Source: Catajapyx aquilonaris (Eukaryota). Taken from it: DNA of 64,000 nucleotides. Both the position numbers and the translations under genes were made by a program. Location of the stretch: the NCBI GenBank assembly GCA_000934665.2, contig KZ538018.1, forward strand, positions 1-64,000, in the 5' to 3' direction. Positions 24,653-34,819 of this stretch are shown here, one piece after another. Positions within the stretch are counted from its first letter, which is position 1, and each line of letters opens with the position of its first letter. The notes under the pieces were generated by a model. The model ran no database searches. It saw nothing but the letters and a program-made list of their open reading frames with translations, and was not told where the DNA came from.

Positions 24653-27227
24653 TCGCCAAAAAATAAAATAAAAAATAAAAATCCCCCAAAAAACTGTCAA
24701 TATGTCTCGCAAACGAAGAAATACAACATACTTTTTCTAGAAAACTAACTAAAAATTCAAAAATACAAAGTTCGGACAGACAGTCCTGTTGTATTCTTAG
24801 AAAAGATGGACTGCCACACCACCACCACCACGAGAGCCAAAACTGTTAAAAAAAGTCCAGACCGGGGGGGTTTTGCTCTAAGAAGAGTGCTGGCTGCAAA
24901 TTTGATTTGTAGTCCGGAGCATGGCAAATCAGGGAAAGAAATGTGAAAGTTATATCGACGTTTCCAGCTGAGAGAGTAAATAACCTGAAGGTTCCATTGG
25001 ACAGCAGAGGGGCATAAAGAAGAAATAAGGCGCAAGTGAAACCACCAGGGGGTCCAGAGGCTGCACCCTGTCCAAGTCCCTGTGTGTTTGCCAGCAGGGC
25101 ATTTTTTTTCTTCTTCTTCTTCTTTTTTAGTGGAGGGTTCCACACTGAGGAGCAATGGCCTAGGACCCCCCCTATGGCCCACCCTAGAATCCTCCAGAGC
25201 CCCCCTAGAGCGGAAGCAACCCAACCGAACCACACACTGGGCGACATTTGCATGTGGACGACGCCCTCCCACTGCTGCATCACAAAAGGGCGCCACCTTG
25301 CTCGCTTGCTTGCTTGCCCACGAGGGTTTTCCAGAGGTCAAATGTAGGATGGGCCATTCACGTGGAATCTAAGGTCAATTCCTTATAGTTGGTCACACAC
25401 ATATGAATACACATCGCGCTTTTCCCCCCTGAATCAGCAAGTTTCAGCTCTCTCAGCACTCTAAAAGTGAGTTAGGTAGCCTGGACATACAGAGAAACTT
25501 TTTGCTTTATATGTAGAGATTGTGTGTGTGAGCCCAGCCAGGTAGAGGCGGGTGTATATTAACGGATAACCTGCCGATTAACATACCCATTGTATGCCAA
25601 AATACCCCTGCGAGTCCAATGGGGGCTCCAACACTCCACCCCGATCCTTGAGGGCCCATCTCTGGAGGGGTGGTTGGGAGGTCGTGAACTGTAATGTGGC
25701 CACCCCCACCCTATAATATAGTGTTGGTTACACCCAATCCACAAGCCCATCCAGTTCTTTCACCCCCCCCCCNCCCCCCCCCCCCCCGCATGGTCCATTC
25801 AACAATCGGAGACACACGTGAAGAGATTGTAATTACATATGTGGAGAAAAAATTTATATTTATGTCCCATTTGTGTCGTATGTGGGAAGGCCACTGGTTG
25901 TGCACTGCTGTGTACGGTTGTGTGAAAGTAGGTCCCGAAGAAGCCAGACCTTCACCTAAGAGGCGTACTTCCTGACCTCAACCCCGCCGTAGGGGGAGAC
26001 ACACACAAAATGTACTGGTGACGATCCGGATATTTCGTGAAGATACGTCACGATATCCGGCCAGGTTCCCCCCAGTTTTCCACACCGGATGACCACAAAA
26101 AAATAGCGTGTAGGGTCATCCACTTCCGGTTGGTGTAGAGCCCAAATTGACAAAAAAAAAATCAAGGCTTGAATGGGTGTGAGTATTGGCGCCCACATTA
26201 CTCATTACTCATTCAACAAAAAGGGGGACGCCTACCAATACTCTTCTTCAGCTCTTCCTTGTATAAAAGGTCGGGTGGAGGACACCTGCAGGGGGCAAAA
26301 GGTCACTCCTGTGCCAGGGGCGTGGGGCCATACATGCCGGGGACTTTTACAGCGATTGTCCTTCTCATTTAGAAAGTGCAATAGTTTGTGCGCGCGAAAT
26401 TTACGGTGCGTTACCGATTTTAAAAAAAAGAAGGGGGTGTTGAAACACCCTGTACTTGTTAAAGAGGGAGACTCCAAATAATGCTGTGCTCTCGGTAGGA
26501 GATGAGGTGAAAGGGGAAACTTTAGCTAGAGAGAAAGAGATGGTAAGACATGACTTGTCCTTGGGAAGGCGGAATATTCGAGCGAGGAGGCCGATCGTAA
26601 ATTCGCGATGTGCCATCCAATCCCCCATAGGGGTTTTGGTATGTGAACCTTTTCCTAATAGAGATCCAAAGTGAAAGGGAAATCAAGACGTTCGGTCACT
26701 TCCGAAATGTTCACGCCGAACGGTTCATTCGTGATATTGCATTAAGCAGATCATGCGAATAAAATTGGCGAATCATATTTTTGTACTAAAGGGCATAATA
26801 TTTTTATGCATTTGGATTTTTCAGTATATTTACCATATGAAAAAAAGTGCATTAAATGCTCCATTGGGAGACTCACTAATCATGCTCTTTTAACGGTTTG
26901 CAGTTTACAGTGTACTTATGTTATTAAGTGATTGTTCTGTGTGTCCAAAGATTCTTTGGTGAGATGCAGCTCATACCCCAATTATTTCTACTCAAGTATC
27001 AAGTACTAAGCCTGTAGGAAAGGACAATCAAATCACAGATGTTTTAGAGGTATGAATTAACTTTAATTGCTACAAAAAGTCACTTGGCACTGATTGCGTC
27101 ATTATCATGTGGGGGGTTGCACGAGGGTTTGCAATAGTCCAATGGAATGTTTCTCCGTATACATCACGTACAAAGTATTTAAAGAATAGGAACTGAATAT
27201 GACAATCAGTGTCCTGAAAAAGTCTTC

Positions 27228-30200
27228 TCAATTCTCTTCAGCTTCCATATCGAGCAGACTGACTCGACTATCTCTCAACAAACTTCGTTTCTTGGGTGTC
27301 TTCAAGACAGGCACAGGTTTCGGTTCCTTTTTCCCTCTGTTGTGGACCACTTCTGCTTACAAGTGAGTGAAAATGAATTTAAGACAAGAGAACTATTAAT
27401 AGGGTAATAGATTTTTTTAAAAAAACCTCATTGCTTAGGCCTACTCTTATTCTTTTGAAGCCGCCGTTTCAGTTTTGCCTTTGCATTGGGATCAATTCGG
27501 AATGTATCTAGATTAGGTCCTATAGCCTTCTTGAACCTCTCTCTCAATGACTGCCACGTTCGATCTGGAAGGGAGAAGAGGCATATTTCAATAACATTAA
27601 ACTTTTGACATTTGGTCCAATCTTTCACTTAAGCACACTACAATAGCTTTTGAAACAAGTCAGAATCAGAGCTACGCAAGTCAAAAACTGTCTGTATAGA
27701 CAAATAAGCTGGCGGAAGGCAGCCGCCTTTGTCGTGCTTTCCGAGTAAATGTACAGTATTGCAATAGCAGTAATGTATTGCTTTATTTTTAAAAATTAAA
27801 TAAATTCCACTTACTTGAAACCACCTGCTTCTTCTCCATGAGCTTCCAAAGATCATTCCCTCCTACATTGTCACTTTGCTTGTTGTCTACTATAAAGTTG
27901 AGAATCTCTTGGTCCTCACTCTTAGTGTATGGCTTCTTCCTACGAAAACAGAGAAGAATATCAATGCAAAAGACGACAGATATTTCACTAACCCTACCAT
28001 GCAAATTTTAAAGATTTTATGTGGCACTGGATTTCAACCTAACCTGAGGACGCTGATTTCAGATCTGCTTTCCACTTTTCCTCGTAAATAAAATAATTAA
28101 CTGAATCATGCACTTGGATTATTAGGCCAATTGTTTTATTTCATATTCGATAATTATCATTGTGTGTAAGAGTAAAGGTGTGTTTACATGTGAGCGATTT
28201 GATGATGATGATTTTGATTTCGCTCTCAAATCGCTCACATGTAAACACATCTTAAGGCCATTTCACAAAAAAAAAAATCGCGCGGCAGACGGCGCGCGTT
28301 GCGGCATATTTGTCGCGGGGCATATTCTTGCCAATAATAATAATAATTGGTGGGGCACGCGTTTGCCACTTGACGCTGCCGCAAAATCTTTTTGTGTTTT
28401 GGCCTTTACAGCCACGTTTACGTGTGAGCGATTTGATCAGCGATGTCGTCGCTGAGCGATTAATCCAATAATTGTTTTGGGCAAAAGTAACAATTATGGT
28501 ATCAATCTATTTTCAGCCTAAACAATTGGATTAATTGCTCAGCGACGACTTCGTTGATCAAATCGCTCACATGTAGACATGGCTTAGCACAAAATCAATT
28601 TTCACATTATCGTTGCAAAAAAAATCGTACGCAATAAGGACACATGGTAAGCAGATCTGAAATCAACCCCCTTGGGTTCTACAGGTTACGTCACTCATCA
28701 AACCTCGAGCCACAAATCCATTGCAGGGTAGTGTAATCTGCACCCTTACCTTTCATCAAGTTCTGGTACTTCACTGTCACTGTGAACCGAGATTGTTTCA
28801 GCATCGCTAGCCACTGCATTGTCTTTGTTAGCAGTTTTTCCATTTACAGCTGGTTCGGTTGTGGGCAGTGGAGTACCGTCTCCAAAAATATCCTCCAGAA
28901 CCTTCTCAATGTCACGTGCAGGAGATGGACCTTCAGCTCCACGGCTGACTTGTGTTGATGTAGGGACGTTGTTCAAATCGGCAAATGCTTCGCTTAGGTT
29001 TGTTTCTTGAGTGTCTCGAATGGCCTCTTCTTGAGCTTCCTCTGGACATTTTACCAATTTCCTGGCATCCTCATCAGTGAATAGGTCGAGGGATTCAGCT
29101 CCAATGCCAGCATTTTTAGTGGATTCATCACATGATCGACGATCAGTTTTCGCAGTATTTTCCTCATTAGAAAGAGACTTGCCACCTTTTTTCTTGTTGG
29201 AGTCACGATTTTGAACCTCTCCATGTTTTGAGTCGCGACTTTTAACCTCTCCATCTTTTGAGTCACGATTTTTAACCTCTCCATGTTTTGAGTCCCCATT
29301 CTTCAGCGGCTTCTGCCTTTCTTGCTCAGTCTTCTCACGGCCTTCCACTCTTGCATCACTCTTATGCGACTTGCTCGAAGGCTCCCATGGACTCTTAAAT
29401 CTGCGAGAAAAATTATTTTATTTTAAATAGCGATTCACCATCTGACCTTTTAGATCCAGTAACAGCCCAGTGAAAAGAAATGTACTTATAATTCTTATAG
29501 TAAGTCACCTAAATCAGTGACATTCCCTGGTTCTCGGAGCGGAAAAATGATTTTTTTTTGCCTGCATATCCTTAACTTTGCCCCTTTTATTGCTTCAGTC
29601 AATGTTTACAACAATTAATGCTCCAGATTCTGCCTGGCCATTACAATATGTTGGAAATTCCAATATTATTCTGACATGCAAATACAGCGTACGCATAAGG
29701 GGGCCTGAAGACTTGAAGCCTACGCTTTCAGTGATGCACTGTGAAGAGACAGCTAGTAAAGACGATACATTGGCTCGCTAAAAATATTTAAAATGTTGCC
29801 AATATTGTTACAATAACGGATTATGCAAAATTATTACCCTTCCTGAATGAGCTTGATCTGCTTCTCGGAGAGCTGGAAGTTTTGAATATTGGGAATAATG
29901 TGCTTGATGTAGTGCTCCTTCATGGACTGCCACGACCGCCCCAGGCACACCTGTCGAAGCAACAAAATATCATCAAATTTCCTTCACTAGTGCAATATTA
30001 TACCATACCTTCTTGTGCTCCATTCTTTGCCACAATATGACTCCCTTCACCTTATCGTAACTCTCAGTCTTGCATATGTAGTCTAAAATGGTCAGTCTTT
30101 CTTTCTGACAGTAACTGTTGGGCAAAGAAAAAAAAAAGCATGACTCTGACCTCAGCATGTAGAGTTTAAAAGTCTAAAAACCTTACCTCCGTTTTGCCAT

Positions 30201-33200
30201 CTGTGGAGCTGTGACAGGTTTCTTTTTCTTCAGACCCATGCCTTCATCATTGCTGTTTTCCTTATCCACTCTGCAAAAACAATATGAAAAGATATTTGCA
30301 AAATTTTAAAAATAATATACATCCTCTTCTAAACATCTGTCAGCAATGTTTTTAAGACGCATGATATGAACTTACTCCATCTTAATCTGATCCCAGGTCT
30401 TCTTACGGACGAGAACCCAAATGGGCTCGTACTTGTCTCCGTAAATAGACTCTTCATTCAACCTGTAAGTACAATAAATTAGTGGCAGCCCAAAAATTTA
30501 ATTCAAAATATGCAAACCTGTATGGCAACAGATCCACAAAGTCCTCCTTGTCCATACAAGCCTGCAGAAACTCATAGCTGAACACATCTTCGTTGGTTGC
30601 GGTATACTTTTGCCCTGGAATCCCAAGTTTGATGGTGTATGGGCCAGGTTTAGACACCATCGTTCCGCCTAATTCCTGCAAGAATATGTCACTTGTGCAT
30701 AAAACGAGGCACTAAAAAAAAGCAAGCTTCAAGTTCAACTGACATGCGTTAATAAAATTAGTACTCAATAAGGCAACTTTCATTTCGGTCGAGAATATAC
30801 CTCAATCATAGTCTTGACACTCTTTCTCTCCTTGCATGGAATCATAGTGAATTCTGAAGGAACGGCTGCATCGTCACAGAAGAGCATCTGCTTAATCCTG
30901 ACACCTTCTTCGTTATCTGACTCGTACAAATTGACAGTCACATTGCTGTTCTCCTTTTTTGCTTCTTCTTCCAATAACCCAATGAAACCACTCAGCGGCC
31001 CACTTTTGCTTGATCCATAGCTTAAAATCCTCATTGGTAAGAGCTCATTAAACCATGCTTCAGCTTTCTTAGCCCTTTCATCCTCCTCCGAGCTGGACTC
31101 TTCAACCTCGGTTGTTGCGTTAAAGTTCATCATTGCTTGTGTGCTGTATGCTTCACTCTTAGCTGGTGAACTGATAAGGTCCTGGGAAAACTCAACTTCC
31201 ACATTCTCCATATCAACAACGGTAGACCCGCAAGGAGTTAAGTACACATCCTTAGAGCCTTGGGATAACACTAGTGCTGATGGTGAATCCTGCTTCCCAG
31301 TATCTTGGGAGACCCCTGAGGCTTCACACTGAGTTGGGCCTTTGTCAATGGCGTTCATGGCTTCAGAAGACATGGAATCACACAATAGGGGTTGCGATGG
31401 CATATTATCCGAGTCAGAACTGTTGCTGTCACCCAAGTCTTCCTTGAGAGCTCTTCGGCCTAAAATGACACGCATTAATTGCATGAGCAAGAGTTCATAG
31501 AAACATTAAATGCCTACGGCATGCTTGTTGTCTTACTTCTAAGTTTAACTACCAAAATAATAAACCAAAAAAATGATTTCTATAGTTCCTGCTTGACGTC
31601 AGCTACTCCCAACATTAGCCCATTCACACAGCCCCTTCTTTCCCCCAATTCTTTTCCAATTTAAATTGTCGTACCAAAGCTTGCATAGGAAAAAGAAGCG
31701 ACTCTGTGAACATCCAACCTCTATACTTTCCTACTATCAGGTGCTGTGTGAGAAAAAGGAAATAATAAATAAAACCAATCCAAACCAGACAAGTAGGTTT
31801 AATATGAAAATCTACAGTAAATTACTAAAAAAATAACTACACACTTTGCTAATTTAAAAAGAAGTTACAAGTGAGGAAAGTCGTGTGGCGCCAGGCATCT
31901 AGATTACGTGCAATTAATAGAACACGTGCATCATGCATAAAGGTGTACTACACCAAAAGCATCGATATACACTTCACAAATGACACTAAAGGTGACTTCA
32001 GGGTTCGATAAAAATAATTTCCAATCAATTGTGACAATGCTTCAGTTAAAAAACTCAAGCAATTAACAAATATTACATGCCTTTGGCAACTAGAATCGCC
32101 ACAACTTTTGTCGAGAGCGACAACGAGCTAACTAAGTTTTTTCTAAAAGCAGACTATTTTCAAGCAACTGGAGTGCATTGTAGTGTTAGTAAAAACACTT
32201 GTTCACATGCGATTCAATCCAGCAAATAAACTTGTTGTAGATATTCCAGTTGCCTGCATCCCTTTAAAATTTTGTTTACTCACATAAAAAAAAAGGCGGT
32301 TCTATGTTCATTGGGGTTCCTGGGGATTCAAAAAAAAAAGAGATAAGAAGAGACCTGAATTATGGAACACACTGTAAATAAAAATTCATTATTACAATAA
32401 CAGGCCACATTCTCAAGTTAGTGACACCCGGTGAAACCAGACAGGCCCAAAAAAATTATTTACGACGAAAAGCCTGCCATTATGATATAATTTTTACAAT
32501 AGCAAATTAAAGGCCGGTATCCACGTACGAGAATCTCGCATACGAGGAGCCACGAGGAGCCAACTGCGCATGCCCAGATTCGAGAAAAGGGGGAAAAAGT
32601 AGAAAATGTTCTACTTTTTCCCCTTTCCTCGAATTTGGGCATGAGCTGTTGGCTCCTCGCGGCTCCTCGTATGCGAGATTCTCGTACGTGGATACCGGCC
32701 TTTAACCCTTAACTACGTAGGTGGGTGAAACACCTTTAACTACGTAGGTGGAGCCTGAGAGGCTCCAACGGTATATCTAAATTTATGCTTATCAACTAAA
32801 TTGTTATATTGGACTTTTCACATGTATACAGAAAGTGCAGTTCAGATCATTAGGCTTCCGAAAACGTAAAAATCACACGCTGAATCAGCATAATTATTCC
32901 GACAGGGAAAAAATTTTAATTAAAAGGTTACATCATGTGTTTGAGCCGCTCAGACTTCACCTGAGATATAGAGCCTGAGCGGTTCCAGGAGGGACCTGTT
33001 CCTCGTTATGAATTTTTTTAAACCAAATAATAGGGACTAGAAAATTTTTTCTTTCCTTTTCATGCTTAGGAAGGTTTTTCTGACAACGTCACGGAAGGAC
33101 AGGGGAAAATAAAATTCAATGAAAAAGTTACATGCGTTTAAATAGTGCTTGGAGCCTCTCAGGCTCCACCTACGTAGTTAATGGTTAAGCAAGATGCACT

Positions 33201-33427
33201 ACATTTTTTTTTTCTCTCCTTCCAGCAATCAATTAAGCAGCACAGTTTAATTAATTTTTAAATAAATATTCCCCCCTAATAGGCTTATCAAGGGCAAAAC
33301 CCTGTCACAAAGAGAGAGTTTTTATGGTCATGCAATATGATGTGTCCCACTCCCCCCCCAACTTACGCAGCAATGAGGACACTGATGGCCTGATCTTCCC
33401 CTTCTTCTTTCCACGAGTAGCGGACAT
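27228..33427 (-). CDS. TERF2IP: Rap1/TERF2IP-like telomere protein (BRCT + two Myb domains), ~762 aa; exons 33427-33367, 31459-30801, 30675-30518, 30462-30376, 30270-30187, 30114-30009, 29950-29838, 29400-28750, 27939-27815, 27564-27445, 27352-27228 (726-aa form if exon 10 reads on to TGA at 27428)
   Basis: Rap1-type BRCT (LFCDDAAVPSEFTMIPCKERKSVKTMIEELGGTMVSKPG...VFSYEFLQACMDKEDFVDLLPYRL). Two Rap1-type Myb domains (YCQKERLTILDYI...VKGVILWQRMEHKKVCLGRSWQSMKEHYIKHI and YTKSEDQEILNFI...VGGNDLWKLMEKKQVVSNRTWQSLRERFKKAI). All junctions are GT-AG and phase-consistent; the last exon choice is uncertain. Confidence 0.85.
28054..28665. mobile_element. Nest of MITEs in Rap1-like intron 8: three palindromic elements (28175-28253, 28254-28406, 28410-28584) inside an outer 17-bp inverted repeat
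   Basis: Outer TGATTTCAGATCTGCTT / AAGCAGATCTGAAATCA. Inner TIR pairs: GTGTTTACATGTGAGCGATTT/AAATCGCTCACATGTAAACAC, AAGGCCA..CACAAAAA/TTTTTGTG..TGGCCTT, and AGCCACGTTTAC/GTAGACATGGCT. Confidence 0.75.
29200..29294 (-). repeat. Coding 30-bp tandem repeat (10-aa unit DSK[H/D]GEV[K/Q][N/S]R, ~3.2 copies)
   Basis: Directly visible in both the DNA and the translation of Rap1-like exon 8. Confidence 0.92.
32511..32701. mobile_element. Near-perfect 191-bp palindromic MITE with TTAA flanks (Kolobok-like termini AG...CT)
   Basis: AGGCCGGTATCCACGTACGAGAATCTCGCATACGAGGAGCC ... GGCTCCTCGTATGCGAGATTCTCGTACGTGGATACCGGCCT, with TTAA at 32507-32510 and 32702-32705. Confidence 0.8.
32706..33184. mobile_element. 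piggyBac-type non-autonomous element (~480 bp)
   Basis: TTAA|CCCTTAACTACGTAGGTGG ... CCACCTACGTAGTTAATGG|TTAA, plus subterminal inverted repeat GGAGCCTGAGAGGCTCCAA / TTGGAGCCTCTCAGGCTCC. Confidence 0.78.
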
Positions 33428-33530
33428 TTCTGATGGACAAAGAGATCGGACAGAAGGGGACGAAAAAAGGCGGACAAAATGTCACGAGCAAGCCAAGCGA
33501 ACAAAGCCAAACATTGAAGCGGCTTCTCTC

Positions 33531-33630
33531 CGGCGGGAAATCATTCTTTGTGACAGTTTACATGTTACAACAGATCCGAATAGACCGGGCTGTGATTGGT
33601 CAACTAGAAGTGGTCGCGTGTTCTGATTGG
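33531..33630 (-). promoter_or_regulatory. Cell-cycle-type promoter of the Rap1-like gene: E2F site and two CCAAT boxes
   Basis: TTTCCCGCC (minus strand, 33532-33540) and CCAAT at 33595-33599 and 33626-33630 (31-bp spacing), 100-200 bp upstream of the ATG. Confidence 0.6.
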
Positions 33631-34290
33631 CTTCTGAATGCAAATGGATTATGTAAACAACCAGTGCAAGGTGGCCAGATGCAAAAATAGCGGGAACAAT
33701 GACTGGGAGCGGGAATACAAAAATTAATGTAATTATCGGGTTAAACTATCAAGTAATTGACACTATTCTATCTAAATGTGAGTGTTAATTAGTGGAGAGT
33801 AAGATGGAGGCTTTTTTTGGTGGTCATTAATGTACTGCAGCATTGCTGTTAATTTTCTTCGTATTTTCCCACTTTGCTGCTGTCCCTAAAACTTGATTAC
33901 CTTCTTCCTGCGGTCGTGATTTTCAATTAATAACTAAATAACTAATGGGACAAACTATGATCTGCGATGACATGGCACTAGTGGTGGGAAAAGGCTACGT
34001 GTACAAACGTGTAATGTGCTAGGAAAGGTTCAGTACAAACAAGAGCAGTTACGAACACGAGATTTTATTTCCAATTATGTTACAAGCTCCGTACATCGAC
34101 GAGTCTTGCTTCCCAGATTTTTTGATGTTGACGGCTCTTTCGCCGCATTCAAACAATAAACCCCCCCAAAAAATTAAAAGATGTCACACCGCAATCAAAA
34201 AAAGGTTCTGCATCTGTAAAGAGTTAAGTGGTTAGCACTTCTTGTATACGTTTTTAAGTGTATGGTGTGACATACCTTGCTGTTTTTTTT

Positions 34291-34764
34291 TTAAGCAGCG
34301 CACTTGCAACTCTCGCTGCATTTGGTGCCCTTCTCGGCGCACTTGCAGTTATCGCCGCAGGTGCATCCCGCGCTGCATTTGCATCCTTTGGCAGCACATG
34401 TGCAACCCTCGCTGCACTTGTTGTCGGCGGTGCACTTGCAATCAGCCCCGCACTTGCAGGAAGCGCATCCGGATTTGCCAGGGCACCCAGAAGAGCAGCA
34501 CTGGCACGTCGGAGCGCACTTGCAGGCCCTTGGGCAAGTGCATCCCTCGCTGCACTTTTTAGCAGCAGTGCACTTGCAATCAGCACCGCACTTGCAACCA
34601 GCAGCGCATCCGCATGTCTCGAAGCACTTGCTGGCCTCGCAGCACTTGCAGCTTTCACCGCACTTGCAATCAGCAGCTGTAATTAGAGAGAAAAAATAAT
34701 TAGTTAACGAGCTCAGTGTGTACAGTAGATGTCACTTACAGTGAGGACGAGCAGTATCAGCCAT
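34291..34764 (-). CDS. Long multi-module metallothionein, 136 aa, 38 Cys; exons 34764-34740 and 34676-34291
   Basis: Spliced translation MADTARPHSADCKCGESCKCCEASKCFETCGCAAGCKCGADCKCTAAKKCSEGCTCPRACKCAPTCQCCSSGCPGKSGCASCKCGADCKCTADNKCSEGCTCAAKGCKCSAGCTCGDNCKCAEKGTKCSESCKCAA*. Also: 63-nt GTAAGT...CTAATTACAG phase-1 intron, CAACATGG start context, AATAAA at 34064-34069 (minus), no signal peptide, upstream MREs. Confidence 0.93.
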
Positions 34765-34819
34765 GTTGAGTCTAGTAGGTTTGTTGTCTCTGATGAGTCT
34801 AGTTGAAGCACAAGTTGAG

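Noticed and set aside
29510..29670. Possible extra exon in Rap1-like intron 7
   Set aside because: It has an in-frame stop in the required phase; exons 7 and 8 already join in frame.
34242..34699. Four overlapping Ala-, His/Leu- or Cys/Arg-rich ORFs in the track (e.g. the 142-aa Ala-rich ORF resembling an antifreeze or membrane protein)
   Set aside because: They are antisense or off-frame shadows of the repetitive TGC-AAG-TGC metallothionein exon. Only the MT frame has splice sites, start context, poly(A) signal and MREs.
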